In this document: piece after piece, positions 36,644 to 46,879 of the stretch
Layout of the letters: every line of letters starts with the position of its first letter
Position numbering within the stretch: position 1 is the stretch's first letter
Assembly: GCA_964406505.1 (NCBI GenBank)
Contig: CAYORX010000008.1
Span: 859-64,858, forward strand
Length of the DNA stretch: 64,000 nt
Source of the DNA: an uncultured Eubacteriales bacterium
GTDB lineage: Bacteria; Bacillota; Sulfobacillia; Fermentithermobacillales; Fermentithermobacillaceae
Direction: 5' to 3'
Program-made: the position numbers and the translations under genes
The notes under the pieces: generated by a model
The model's database searches: none
The model's input: only the letters and a program-made list of their open reading frames with translations
What the model was told of the DNA's origin: nothing

Positions 36644-37984
36644 TCATCCTAGCACGATAGGTTTGCCGATACCCTCTTCAAATGTTTTATACGATATGCC
36701 TTCAAGATCCCGACCCCACGGATCAAAAGATCTTTGGGGTAAAGTCACAAAATCAGGATCAAAATCACGTAGATCACTATTTTCATAAGCAAAGATGAAA
36801 TCTCTCACTGTAAGCAAGCCAGCCACTTCAATGTTCCCACCGAAAAAGATCGAAGGCACTGCTTTCACTTTTGCATTGAGGTTGCGCTGTCGCAGCATAT
36901 CCTCAATAATTGGTTTTGCGGGTGCCGAAGTCATAATCAACACGCGTCTGCGTTTCACCCGTGATTTAAGTTCCCACTCGTACCATGCTCTGGTATCAAG
37001 ATCGTCATACATAACAAGCCCTGAAGACTCAAACTGCCTTTTTTTAATAATCGTTTCATAAGCGACACCATGCCTATCATAAGATACGCGAGGCCGCTCA
37101 CCGTCACGTATTAATTCAAAAGCTTCGGTACGCGATATTACCGGCCGCTTAGATACTTCGGTTATTACATCTTCTGCTCTCAATCCCGCCCTTCTTGCGG
37201 GTGAGCCCGGTAATACGTATTCAACAACAGGGCGTACCGAAGTAATCCCACTAGGTTCAAAAAGCACCGGGATCTTTAATTTTTTGGTGAGCTCTGTACT
37301 CAATTTTTTTAATTGATTGAGCAAATCAGCATCTACTTGATCCGCAAAAGGATGCAACTTTGAAAAACCTGGAGATAGTATCCGAACAGACCATGCTCCC
37401 GACTCTTTTAAGAAACTTGAAGTATCTTCAATATCTTGCCAGCCTGTAATAAATGGCAAAGCTACGATGCTTCCTTCAAATTTTATTCTGCCCCCTAAAT
37501 TTTCTACATTACGTAAAGTTAAGTTCGACTGTGTATCTCCCATGACTTTTTCCCGAAAGTTTATAGTGTTTAGTGACACCATCAATTCCACATTGAGTTT
37601 TGCCATATCGTCTATCAAATCTTTTGTGAGCAATGAAGCGTTGGTGGTAATTTTAATACTTCGATCTGGATATTGTTTGTGAACTAACCGTATAATCTCT
37701 AAGAACTGCGGATGGGTTAAAGGTTCTCCCTCGTTAATTCTAGTAACTGATTCGCCTATTACAATGGGACCCTTTGAGCCCACAAGCCAAAGAATTTGCG
37801 CTTCGATTTCCTCAAGCGGCCTTGGGGGTATTACGAATACTTCACATGTTTTAGGGTTACAGGCATTAGAACAAAAATTACATTTCATATTACATTGAGA
37901 CGTTAACGGCAAAATTCCTTGCATCAGAGCATTGTACAGTAACGCCTCGATAGAAGGGGCCGGCGTAGGTTCAAGGTGCATCAT
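36644..37984 (-). CDS. Radical-SAM protein with internal PDZ-like domain (DUF512-type architecture)
   Basis: The CxxxCxxC motif is CNMKCNFC. A PDZ-like segment follows (VLPGSPARRAGLRAEDVITEV). The ATG at 37984 forms an ATGA overlap with the tsaD stop. Confidence 0.75.
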   Translation of the reverse strand: MMHLEPTPAPSIEALLYNALMQGILPLTSQCNMKCNFCSNACNPKTCEVFVIPPRPLEEIEAQILWLVGSKGPIVIGESVTRINEGEPLTHPQFLEIIRLVHKQYPDRSIKITTNASLLTKDLIDDMAKLNVELMVSLNTINFREKVMGDTQSNLTLRNVENLGGRIKFEGSIVALPFITGWQDIEDTSSFLKESGAWSVRILSPGFSKLHPFADQVDADLLNQLKKLSTELTKKLKIPVLFEPSGITSVRPVVEYVLPGSPARRAGLRAEDVITEVSKRPVISRTEAFELIRDGERPRVSYDRHGVAYETIIKKRQFESSGLVMYDDLDTRAWYEWELKSRVKRRRVLIMTSAPAKPIIEDMLRQRNLNAKVKAVPSIFFGGNIEVAGLLTVRDFIFAYENSDLRDFDPDFVTLPQRSFDPWGRDLEGISYKTFEEGIGKPIVLG

Positions 37985-39009
37985 TTCACATTCCCCTTCC
38001 ATGGTTTTAGTTTAAGACCCGAAACCGGATTAAGTTCGGCATCATTGTAAAGACGGCGATCGTCCATTTTATACTTATAGTAACCAGCCGCGGCGATCAT
38101 CGCTCCGTTATCGGTACATAAATCCTTTGGGGGTATAAATAGTGGTATGTTTAGCCTAGAGGCTATCTTTTTACTTTCGCGCCTAAGTAGCATATTGGCA
38201 GCAACGCCTCCCGAAACAGATAAGCTTTTCGCCCCTGTTTTCGCTACTAGTTCTTCAACCGAATGCAAAAGTTGATCTACAACCGCTTTACGAAAACTTG
38301 AAGCTAAATCCCTTTTAAAACCTTCCGATTTTTCGCTCGATTCAAATTCTTGTAATGCACGGGTTTTAATGCCCGAAAAACTATAATCATATTCTGAATC
38401 CCGGATTTTAGGCAAGGGAAAACCTACACGATAAGGGTCCCCAATTTCAGCCAATCTGTCCAAATAAGGCCCGCCAGGATAACCTAAGCCCAATTCTCTC
38501 GCAACCTTATCGAACGCTTCCCCCGCAGCATCATCCCTTGTTTCAGCTACAACTTCAAAGGAGCCGTGGGATCTCATAAATATAAGTTCTGAATGACCTC
38601 CTGACACAACCAAGTTAAGCATAGGGAATTGAGGTACATTTTGCCCAAGAAAATTTGCGTAAATGTGGCCCGCCAAATGATGAACGTCTATTAGAGGAAT
38701 TTTTGCAGCATAAGCTAAACTTTTTGCGTATGAAACACCCACAAACAGCGATCCCATAAGGCCAGGACCTTGAGTGACAGCAATGGCATCAATATCCCTT
38801 ATGTTAAGGTTCGCCTTATTCAAAGCTTCCTTGCTAACGGGAATAATAGATTCCAAATGCTTTCTAGAAGCTATTTCGGGAACAACTCCTCCATATTGTT
38901 GATGCAAATCGGTTTGGGAAGAAACTACATTAGACAACACTTGTCTGCCATTTTTAACAACGGCACAAGATGTATCGTCACAGGATGTATCGATTCCAAA
39001 TATGAGCAT
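37981..39009 (-). CDS. tsaD: tRNA N6-adenosine threonylcarbamoyltransferase
   Basis: The motifs are MLIFGIDTSCDDTS, VHHLAGHIYA and SGGVAAN. GAGGTGG lies 4 nt before the ATG at 39009. Confidence 0.93.
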   Translation of the reverse strand: MLIFGIDTSCDDTSCAVVKNGRQVLSNVVSSQTDLHQQYGGVVPEIASRKHLESIIPVSKEALNKANLNIRDIDAIAVTQGPGLMGSLFVGVSYAKSLAYAAKIPLIDVHHLAGHIYANFLGQNVPQFPMLNLVVSGGHSELIFMRSHGSFEVVAETRDDAAGEAFDKVARELGLGYPGGPYLDRLAEIGDPYRVGFPLPKIRDSEYDYSFSGIKTRALQEFESSEKSEGFKRDLASSFRKAVVDQLLHSVEELVAKTGAKSLSVSGGVAANMLLRRESKKIASRLNIPLFIPPKDLCTDNGAMIAAAGYYKYKMDDRRLYNDAELNPVSGLKLKPWKGNVK

Positions 39010-39140
39010 ATGACCACCTCTCAAATCTATTTCGATTATATCGTGAAACCTTTGCAGAAATACACTTGCAGCCCCCACGACCTATTGATAACCTTGTCTA
39101 GGCAAGCTAGATGATTTCGCAAGATAGAGAGGTAATTTCT

Positions 39141-40064
39141 ATGCATTTTGCTGACATGCTCAACCAGAGAATCACAAAGTTACAATCGCGACTCGTTATC
39201 GGAATCGATCCTCATCAAGAATTACTACTTAAAGACCAGTCGAGATTCAAAAGTGTATTTGCCGGAAAATCAGACGAATTTTTGCTTAGCGCGTTTTGCT
39301 CTATCATCATCGATGTGGCGGAAAATCGAGCCTGTGCCGTGAAGCCCCAAGCCGCCTTTTTTGAAAGTATGGGTATAATGGGCTATACAATACTTGGGCA
39401 ATGCATCCGTCAAGCCCGAAAACGTGATATTCCTGTCGTACTAGATGCAAAACGTGGCGATATCGGTTCGACCGCTTCTGCCTACGCTAAGGCATACTTA
39501 CACCCTGACTCTGAGTTTTGCGCCGATGCGCTTACGGTAAATCCGTACCTTGGTCCCGACACGCTAGAACCGTTTATAACTGCGGCTGATAAATATGATG
39601 CAGGACTATTCGTGTTAGTTAAAACATCGAATCTAAAGTCTGGAGCATTCCAAAACTTGAAGATTTACTCCCAAGCAGACACAAGCATTGACACCGTTTC
39701 GGCAAAAATAGGCCAAAGCATACATCAGTTAGGTAGCAATAATATCGGGGAATCCGGATTTTCTAATATCGGCGCAGTGGTAGGAGCCACTTATCCAAAA
39801 GATCTAAAACAAATGCGGGAAATTATGCCTACCTCTATATTTTTGGTACCGGGTTATGGTGCACAGGGCGGAAAAGCAGATGATGTAAAAACAGCTTTTT
39901 ATTCCAACGGCACCGGAGCGATCGTTTCATCATCTAGGGGCATTATTTTCGCACACGAAGATCGAAAATATAGCGATCTTGAACTCGATGAAACTGATAT
40001 ATACAGATCCATGGATGATGCAGCGAAGATAGCTCAAAACGATATTAACAAAGTAATTGGATAG
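39141..40064 (+). CDS. pyrF: Orotidine-5'-phosphate decarboxylase, long (type 2) form
   Basis: The motifs are LVIGIDPH, VLDAKRGDIGST and VPGYGAQGG. The ATG at 39141 has an upstream GAGAGGT. The ORF-track start is 39111. Confidence 0.85.
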   Translation: MHFADMLNQRITKLQSRLVIGIDPHQELLLKDQSRFKSVFAGKSDEFLLSAFCSIIIDVAENRACAVKPQAAFFESMGIMGYTILGQCIRQARKRDIPVVLDAKRGDIGSTASAYAKAYLHPDSEFCADALTVNPYLGPDTLEPFITAADKYDAGLFVLVKTSNLKSGAFQNLKIYSQADTSIDTVSAKIGQSIHQLGSNNIGESGFSNIGAVVGATYPKDLKQMREIMPTSIFLVPGYGAQGGKADDVKTAFYSNGTGAIVSSSRGIIFAHEDRKYSDLELDETDIYRSMDDAAKIAQNDINKVIG

Positions 40065-40107
40065 CGATATCACATAATAACGATAAAGTAGATTTCAACG
40101 GTATGAT

Positions 40108-40608
40108 TTAAAGCATCCATTTTACCCTATTTTTTTCAGCAGTTTTAGGACCTAAATTATCTTTCCACATAATAATTGCGTCTTCATTAGTGTCTGTGTA
40201 ATAACCTTTTCTTATACCCCTGTCTACAAAACCTAGCTTCCGATAAAGATTCTGAGCCCCGTGATTTGAAAGCCTAACTTCTAAAGTCATCTTTGTAGCC
40301 CCAAGACGAACGGCTTCTGCCAAGGCAAATTTCAACATTCGTTCACCTATTCCTTTTCGTCGCAGCTGAGGACAAACCGCTATATTGGTGAGATGGGCTT
40401 CATCGAAAAAAACCCACATACCGAAATACCCCACAACCTGCTCTTTACAGCGCGTAACGTAATAATGGGCGTAAATATTGGCAGTGAGCTCGGAAATAAA
40501 GGCACTCCTAGACCAAGGCGTCGGATACGATTGTCGTTCGACTTCAAGCACCTCGTCTACATCTTTTAAAGCCATTTTATCTATCACCAAATGTTTGCTA
40601 ATATTCAA
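40108..40608 (-). CDS. rimI: Ribosomal-protein-alanine N-acetyltransferase (GNAT)
   Basis: The GNAT motif A is QLRRKGIGERML. The gene lies downstream of tsaB, the classic tsaE-tsaB-rimI arrangement. Confidence 0.85.
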   Translation of the reverse strand: MNISKHLVIDKMALKDVDEVLEVERQSYPTPWSRSAFISELTANIYAHYYVTRCKEQVVGYFGMWVFFDEAHLTNIAVCPQLRRKGIGERMLKFALAEAVRLGATKMTLEVRLSNHGAQNLYRKLGFVDRGIRKGYYTDTNEDAIIMWKDNLGPKTAEKNRVKWML

Positions 40609-40621
40609 ATATCCTCACCTT

Positions 40622-41380
40622 TCACAGTTTACGAGAAAGTATTGCTTCGGCTTGGGACTTACGGTAATATTCAGGAATTGCTGAGCAAGCATTAGATGCT
40701 TTATCAGTGCTAAGCATTTCAAAACCTATTAAGCTTAATATCCCCGGCCTAGGTAATCTGAGATACGGATCGACAAGCCGAACATGTTTCATACCTTTAT
40801 CTGCCGCAGCGTGAAAGAACTGTTCCGAAGCATCTCCCGTTATCCAAACAGGCGCCGATATCTCGGTTTTCAAATATTTCATAAAACCGTCATATCCTAG
40901 CTCTCCTGCAGGTATGATTTGCCGAAATCCATTTCTAGCCCAAAATTCTCGATGAGCTAACGCTTTATGTGTACCGCCACACCATAGTCGTTTATCATAC
41001 AAAGCACATACAGTTTGGCTTTTAGATCTTCCTTGCACTATCCCAATTTTTGGGTACAGCGAACACTGTTTTAAATATATCTGAAACGTTGGTACTTTTG
41101 CCACAGGCTTATCTTCAAAAAATGCTAAGCCTTGCGCCGTAGCTGCACCTATTCTTAATCCCGTAAAAGAACCCGGCCCAATTGAAAGCGCTAAACAATC
41201 TATATCCTCAAACGCCAATCCTACCATTTCTAAAGCTTGCATACACAACGGTAGCAACATCTTAGAGTGAACTTTGGGTTTAACAATTGAAATTTCACAC
41301 TTTACGCCGGATATATCTGCGAGAGCAACACCAAGAAGATTAGTGCTTGTTTCAATAGCAAGAACTTTTGCTGTATCCAT
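40622..41380 (-). CDS. tsaB: tRNA threonylcarbamoyladenosine biosynthesis protein TsaB (YeaZ)
   Basis: The motifs are VLAIETSTN and GPGSFTGLRIG. Its position lies between tsaE and rimI. Confidence 0.88.
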   Translation of the reverse strand: MDTAKVLAIETSTNLLGVALADISGVKCEISIVKPKVHSKMLLPLCMQALEMVGLAFEDIDCLALSIGPGSFTGLRIGAATAQGLAFFEDKPVAKVPTFQIYLKQCSLYPKIGIVQGRSKSQTVCALYDKRLWCGGTHKALAHREFWARNGFRQIIPAGELGYDGFMKYLKTEISAPVWITGDASEQFFHAAADKGMKHVRLVDPYLRLPRPGILSLIGFEMLSTDKASNACSAIPEYYRKSQAEAILSRKL

Positions 41381-41390
41381 GTTAATTTCT

Positions 41391-41879
41391 TTAAAATTTT
41401 TCAAAAATATCTACCCACTTTGCATCGGAACTTTCCAAAGTGATCTTACGCTTATTCATAAAATTGTCTGTCTGATCCGGGTGAAACTCCAAGCTTATTT
41501 TAAGGGTCCAGTTAGACAACATATCACCAGCGCGCTCAGGCCACTCTATAGCGATTACCGCCGAATCTTCTATGTCATACAAAAGCCCCGATTCAACTAC
41601 TTCTTTGCTCGTTAGTCGGTAAAAATCGAAATGGTGAAGAATCAAACGACCGCTATAAACGCGTTCTAAAACGAAACTAGGACTCTTCACGATATCATCT
41701 ATTTCAAGCCCGACTGCGATACCCTGTGCCATAGTGGTTTTACCTGTTCCAAGAGATCCTACGATCAAAATTACCTCGCCGCCGGTAACTTGCTTGCCTA
41801 AAAACTCTCCCAACTTTCTAGTTTCATCTGCCGATTTAACGAACAAAGTACGCCTTCCGATCCCATCACTCGTAGGCAT
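41391..41879 (-). CDS. tsaE: tRNA threonylcarbamoyladenosine biosynthesis ATPase TsaE (YjeE)
   Basis: The Walker A is GSLGTGKTT, with SPSFVL and HFDFYRL also present. Confidence 0.9.
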   Translation of the reverse strand: MPTSDGIGRRTLFVKSADETRKLGEFLGKQVTGGEVILIVGSLGTGKTTMAQGIAVGLEIDDIVKSPSFVLERVYSGRLILHHFDFYRLTSKEVVESGLLYDIEDSAVIAIEWPERAGDMLSNWTLKISLEFHPDQTDNFMNKRKITLESSDAKWVDIFEKF

Positions 41880-42610
41880 TACCGCGTTTCTCCTCGTTGA
41901 AGCAGCCGCTCATACTTTTGCTTTAAACTTCGAAAATCCTCCCACACAGGCCGTTTTCTGCGCCTTTCATCTCGCAAGACTGCGGCCGGATGGAAGGTTA
42001 TCAGATAATGAATACCGTCTTTTTCAAACCATTTACCTCTGTCTCTTGTAACTCTTATATCCGGGTTAAGCAAGGTTTGAGCGGACAAGGCTCCCAACAA
42101 TACTATTATTTTAGGTTGAATTATTCTTATTTGGGCCCTCAGATTCGGCATACACGCCTCGACCTCTTTTGCGGTAGGTAACCTATTACCAGGTGGCCGG
42201 CATTTTACGATATTAGTAATAAATATTTCTTTCCTAGGAATATCGTGAGATTTGAGCATAAGATCTAATAATTGGCCCGCCCTGCCTACAAATGGTTCAC
42301 CGGTTTCATCCTCATTTTTACCGGGCCCCTCTCCTACAAACATTATATCGGCGGTAGGTTTACCATCTCCAAACACTACATTTTGAGCGCCTTTCCTCAA
42401 ATCACACAATGAGCATCTAAGCACAATCTGTTTTAATTTATCCAGGCCATTGATCCCCGCGAAATCATTGTCAGCATTTGCTTTACGGGGTTCGGTGTCG
42501 ACAATGTTCAATTCAAATTGCTGTGCAGACTGTTCCGACCGGGTTCCTGATTCTGATACGCGCCCAACATCAAACAAAGAATGCTGTACCATATTCAATT
42601 TATCCTTCAA
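41879..42610 (-). CDS. Family-4 uracil-DNA glycosylase with an N-terminal extension of about 70 aa
   Basis: The motifs are GEGPGKNEDETGEPFVGRAGQLL, NIVKCRPP and HPAAVLR. Confidence 0.85.
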   Translation of the reverse strand: MKDKLNMVQHSLFDVGRVSESGTRSEQSAQQFELNIVDTEPRKANADNDFAGINGLDKLKQIVLRCSLCDLRKGAQNVVFGDGKPTADIMFVGEGPGKNEDETGEPFVGRAGQLLDLMLKSHDIPRKEIFITNIVKCRPPGNRLPTAKEVEACMPNLRAQIRIIQPKIIVLLGALSAQTLLNPDIRVTRDRGKWFEKDGIHYLITFHPAAVLRDERRRKRPVWEDFRSLKQKYERLLQRGETR

Positions 42611-43577
42611 AAGGATCAGTCCCTTCAGAACTCGTTTCCTGTTTCAAACTTGCCATTCTTTTTTGTATAAGTTCCGGATATTGTTTCACCAACGCCTTGT
42701 TTCCATCTAAATGTTTTAAATAGTTATCAGCCAATTCAGGATCTAATCGCTTAAACGCATTGTAGATTTTTTCCCCCAATTTCACCGCTTCCTTACAATC
42801 CGGTTGACACGGGAAAAAATCCTTTGTGAAATAAGCAAAACGATTTATTTCTGAAGCGCTTTCTGCATGTTTGATCTGATTAGAGGCTCTCACTTCGGGA
42901 CTTAAAACTCCTGATTGCCGGTCGAAAACATATCGATCAATACAGCAAACTGGATATCCTAATATTTTGCCGGATTTCGTCAAAAATGAAGCGGTATGTT
43001 CTTCGGGAAAGGCACGAAGTGCTCCTGGTATAGAAGGATCAGGTCTTTTGGCGAATTCGTAACGAATATCTTTTCGAAGATCTTGAAGTTTCTCTAGTTC
43101 GTTTGCAATAGAATTATCTGTAAAAACGTAAAGTTCACGTATCGTAGGGCGTGACTCCAATTGTTTTTGGATTAAACCAAGTTTGTCGGCCCAATCGACA
43201 TATAGCTTGTATGAATTCGAGTTTTCAACAACGTTGCTATAGATATCCCTTAATACCTGAAGTCTAAACCGTATATCTCGAATTTTGCTTCTTTTTCGAA
43301 AACCAGCAACCCTGCTTTTAAGAAAATCGGTTAATGATTCACCGGGAAGTCGTTCACCGGCCATCTTTTGCCGAAACCTATCATCGATAGTAGCACCTAA
43401 TATAGCCGCGTCGGGTAGCTCGGCAGGTATTATTATCTGGGCAGCTCTTCGCGCTCCTAAAACAACGGGCAGAAAATCATCTAGTTTTGCCTTTAATGTT
43501 ATCACATGTTCATTTAGAAACTTTTGATATAACTGTTGATCCATAGCTTTTATAGGCGGTAAGACACCTACTTTCAA
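42600..43577 (-). CDS. Hypothetical protein with a GYPxCC ... PCxxxC cysteine motif
   Basis: This 325-aa soluble-looking protein has no family I can name with confidence. It carries ILGYPVCCIDRY and FFPCQPDCKEA, four Cys in two pairs. Its 3' end overlaps the UDG gene by 11 nt. Confidence 0.6.
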   Translation of the reverse strand: MKVGVLPPIKAMDQQLYQKFLNEHVITLKAKLDDFLPVVLGARRAAQIIIPAELPDAAILGATIDDRFRQKMAGERLPGESLTDFLKSRVAGFRKRSKIRDIRFRLQVLRDIYSNVVENSNSYKLYVDWADKLGLIQKQLESRPTIRELYVFTDNSIANELEKLQDLRKDIRYEFAKRPDPSIPGALRAFPEEHTASFLTKSGKILGYPVCCIDRYVFDRQSGVLSPEVRASNQIKHAESASEINRFAYFTKDFFPCQPDCKEAVKLGEKIYNAFKRLDPELADNYLKHLDGNKALVKQYPELIQKRMASLKQETSSEGTDPFEG

Positions 43578-43727
43578 TTTCCTCCTTTCGTGACCGTAGT
43601 TAATATTGTAGCGGTTTTCGCTTATACCAAATTTTCATGCAATCAACTTTGTTCTTCACACAAACATTTTATCCCTTTATCTCGAAACAAAAATAATACC
43701 GCGAAAATACCTAAGAGATCATACTTA

Positions 43728-43761
43728 TATCCAAATATAAAGAGAGGGGTTAACCCCTCTC
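43728..43761 (-). terminator. Rho-independent terminator after the A1 gene
   Basis: A perfect palindrome GAGAGGGG-TTAA-CCCCTCTC (43742..43761) is followed on the minus strand by TTTATATTTGG. Confidence 0.7.
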
Positions 43762-43786
43762 CTATTGCTTTACTACTAAATCGGTC

Positions 43787-44911
43787 TTAACCTTCTATCA
43801 TCTCTACGTTAGCCCGCGGCACAGTTACAATGCTACCATCTTCGAGTTTAGCACGTAAAATTCGTACCTTGGCTTCAGACTCGATCTGCTCGAGATGCGG
43901 CGGCAATTCAACTATCTCAGCCAGTGCTCCAAAATAAGGCTCTCGGATAATTCGAATGGGCGTTCCGGGCACAAGCCCTTTGGTAAGGTCCAACAGCTCA
44001 TCATCGCTAATTTCTGCCTCATACCCGGGCACGATAATTTCCGGACGCATTACCCCCGCTCGAATTTGCGTAGCTCCATTGATCGAAGCCTTAAACCCAT
44101 TAAGTTTCTTGAGTAGATTAAAAGTACGGTCGGCCATCCTCATTTTGCCGAAGCCTTCAGTAATTATTACGGTGACTGGAATATCTTCATGTCCTGTAAT
44201 AGCAACGCCTATATCAAAGCCGAGATATTCGATTAAATCGGTATCAATAATACCACCTGCGACGATCCCTTTAGCACCTACTTCTCCTGCTTTATTAATA
44301 GCATCGACCGTAACTAGCGAACCACCGACCAATATTTTACCTTTATCATCTTCTTTAATATGAGAAGCATCTAAAAGATCGTCGGGATCTTCTACTGCCA
44401 CCCTAATAATTCCTTGGGTTTCTCCACCGACTCCGAAGATACCCTGTATGAAAGCACCTTCGGTCTTTACTACTACCCCTTCATTGGGGATAACTTCTTC
44501 AACAACGCCGTCCACGTATGCATTAATCTCGATAGGAATGGGGGGTTCGCGCAAAGTAACCTGCCCTGTAACAGCAGAAATCATTTCAATGGTTCCGGCA
44601 GTAGGTGATTGTGCATTGTGTTTGATGAGGCCAAAAAATGCTCTGTATTCTGCTAAGGTTTCACCTTTTTCAACATAATCTCCTTCAGATTTTTGCATAA
44701 AGTCAACAATATCCGAAGGCTCTACGCCCAATATATTTGCTACATTAACTGTCTGTGGATCTCCAGGTATATCGGTTTTTGCTACAACTGTATCAGGAGA
44801 AACCGCCTGTCCCTTCTCAACCAATACTTCGCCGAGGATAGGAAGGCGGCGTTCTTTTGTAACCACCGCTTTTTCAGTAACCTTAAGCCCAGGTGTATAT
44901 GCATGTGCCAT
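43787..44911 (-). CDS. Partner protein A1 of the GlmL-like ATPase (unknown family; lipoyl-like hairpins + alpha/beta domain + KOW/SH3-like tail)
   Basis: The 374-aa product is paralogous to 47429..48787. Shared strings are RRLP..GEVLV, SINGATQIRAG..RPEIIVP, EPYFGA...IVE and VPRANVE. GGGAGGGAAGG lies 6 nt before the ATG, and the gene starts 16 nt after the B1 stop. Confidence 0.75.
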   Translation of the reverse strand: MAHAYTPGLKVTEKAVVTKERRLPILGEVLVEKGQAVSPDTVVAKTDIPGDPQTVNVANILGVEPSDIVDFMQKSEGDYVEKGETLAEYRAFFGLIKHNAQSPTAGTIEMISAVTGQVTLREPPIPIEINAYVDGVVEEVIPNEGVVVKTEGAFIQGIFGVGGETQGIIRVAVEDPDDLLDASHIKEDDKGKILVGGSLVTVDAINKAGEVGAKGIVAGGIIDTDLIEYLGFDIGVAITGHEDIPVTVIITEGFGKMRMADRTFNLLKKLNGFKASINGATQIRAGVMRPEIIVPGYEAEISDDELLDLTKGLVPGTPIRIIREPYFGALAEIVELPPHLEQIESEAKVRILRAKLEDGSIVTVPRANVEMIEG

Positions 44912-44927
44912 TTGTACCTTCCCTCCC

Positions 44928-46784
44928 CTATACCTGCACGTATTTCTTAAGTGATTCTTCAGGATACATACCCATAGCGATGAACCACTCTACTAGTTTC
45001 TTGTTGCGTTCTTCTACATTTTCTGGGAAAACGATTGGGCGGCCTCTACAGTCAATTAACACACCGACTACGCCACCGTTAATGGTTGTTTTCAGCTCAT
45101 GTCCGGGGCCTCTGCCTAAGTCGAATTGCCTAGCTGGTCGAGCTGTAACTTCAACCGTTTTATCTTCGGGTATTTTTATCAATTTTATGGAACCGAAAGG
45201 TACTGATTCTTCGATCGTTTCTCCGTCAACTGTAAGATTAACCTCAACACAAGGGGCTCCGAATTTTGCAGAACCGCTAGGCCCGACGGGGGCAATGGAT
45301 GTGCCAAGTTTGACTAAGCAATCTCGATCGAACACCTGCATAGATGCTTTCGGGTGAATTGACGCTAATATACCTAACTGCGGCATCATAAAGATCGAGT
45401 CTACCGCCAACATAGTATCTGCCTCAGGTTGAAAAGCATCTAAAAGCATCATAGCAGCCTGCGGCCGTCTTGGCGCGTGAGACAACACTCCGCCTGAACC
45501 GATTAGCATACCAAGATCGGTCATATCAATATAAGTATCACCGCTGCCAGTTTGCTCAAAAGTATCACCAATCGTCCTTTGTTTGTGCACACCCCTAAGC
45601 CCAACCGCTAAACTCTTGTGATGCTCAAAAGCAAGACGCAGTGCTTCTCTGGCGATAGCTTGCTCAATTATCAATTCATCAAGGGTTTGAGGTATGGTTG
45701 TTGGACGAATCATCTTATTTCGTATCCTGTTTCTAAGAATTCCTTCTTCTATGAAGAATGGAATCCATCTCATGATTCTCTCCACACCAGCCTCAAGGAG
45801 CACGTTACAAATAGAATAGCTCATGCCTAAATTGGCCGAAACGGTCCTGTTAAAATGTTCCTCAAATACAGAAAAAACGTCCGTAGTTGCTCCACCCGCG
45901 TCTACCCCTATAACGCTCATATTATATTCCTTGGAAGCTGTCTGCATACCGACACCAACAGCTCCGGGGGTCGGCATAATCGGAACCGGACTCCATTTCA
46001 TTAATTTGTTGTAACCCGGTGCTTGTGCCATAACGTGTTCCATAAACAAATTATGAATTTCTTCCCTAGCAGGCCCAAGCACTTCTGCTTCAAGAACAGG
46101 CCTTAAATTGTCAACTATTCTTAGGTCGGTTTTTTCGCCAAGAATATCGCCAATGTGCTTTCTGGCAAATTTGTTTCCGGCATAAATGATGGGCAACCTA
46201 TAACCGATACCTAACCTCGGCTTTGGTTCGGCCGCTGAAATCAATTCGCCGATCTCGGCCACGTGAGTAATTGTACCGCCGTCGATCCCTCCAGAAAGAA
46301 GGATCATATCTGGCCTAAGATGCCTAATTCGTTCAATTTTTTCGTGAGGCCTGCGGCCATCATCTACGGAAATTACGTCCATTACAATTGCACCGGCTCC
46401 AAGTGCTGCTCTAGCCGCAGATTCCGCAGTCATAGTTTTAACCACGCCTGCTACCATCATCTGAAGCCCGCCGCCAGCTGAAGAAGTAGACATATAAATG
46501 TCCACGCCTGAGCCGTCTGGCTGCGAAGGAGTGATCACTCCTTCATCATTCAGAAATTTTCTTCCCGTAAGCTCCTCGATTTCTCTCATAGCATTTCTAG
46601 CGCCCATTGTAACATCTTCAAAAGGCGCTTCAACTGTTGTCGGGGCTTCTCCCCGTACGATTAAGCGGTACTCATCATCAACCTTTTCAATAAGAATGGC
46701 TTTAGTTGTTGTAGAACCACAATCAGTAGCCAGAACAGACTTGATTTCTCTGTCCGGCTTAATCTCATTAGAATGTTCCTGCAC
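44928..46784 (-). CDS. GlmL/MutL-family (glutamate-mutase-accessory-like) ASKHA actin-fold ATPase, long form, copy B1
   Basis: The 618-aa product has the phosphate-1 motif DCGSTTTKAILIEK, plus STSSAGGGLQMMVAG, DVISVDDGR, GVDAGGATTDVFS and GSGGVLSHAPRR. It carries an extra beta-rich C-terminal tail relative to my recollection of GlmL length. Confidence 0.75.
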   Translation of the reverse strand: MQEHSNEIKPDREIKSVLATDCGSTTTKAILIEKVDDEYRLIVRGEAPTTVEAPFEDVTMGARNAMREIEELTGRKFLNDEGVITPSQPDGSGVDIYMSTSSAGGGLQMMVAGVVKTMTAESAARAALGAGAIVMDVISVDDGRRPHEKIERIRHLRPDMILLSGGIDGGTITHVAEIGELISAAEPKPRLGIGYRLPIIYAGNKFARKHIGDILGEKTDLRIVDNLRPVLEAEVLGPAREEIHNLFMEHVMAQAPGYNKLMKWSPVPIMPTPGAVGVGMQTASKEYNMSVIGVDAGGATTDVFSVFEEHFNRTVSANLGMSYSICNVLLEAGVERIMRWIPFFIEEGILRNRIRNKMIRPTTIPQTLDELIIEQAIAREALRLAFEHHKSLAVGLRGVHKQRTIGDTFEQTGSGDTYIDMTDLGMLIGSGGVLSHAPRRPQAAMMLLDAFQPEADTMLAVDSIFMMPQLGILASIHPKASMQVFDRDCLVKLGTSIAPVGPSGSAKFGAPCVEVNLTVDGETIEESVPFGSIKLIKIPEDKTVEVTARPARQFDLGRGPGHELKTTINGGVVGVLIDCRGRPIVFPENVEERNKKLVEWFIAMGMYPEESLKKYVQV

Positions 46785-46879
46785 TAACTTTTCCCCTCCC
46801 TCACTGCCGCCATCAATACATGAAATAATACCACATGGTTGAGTACGACATTAACTATATAAACTCCTCCTATGTTACA

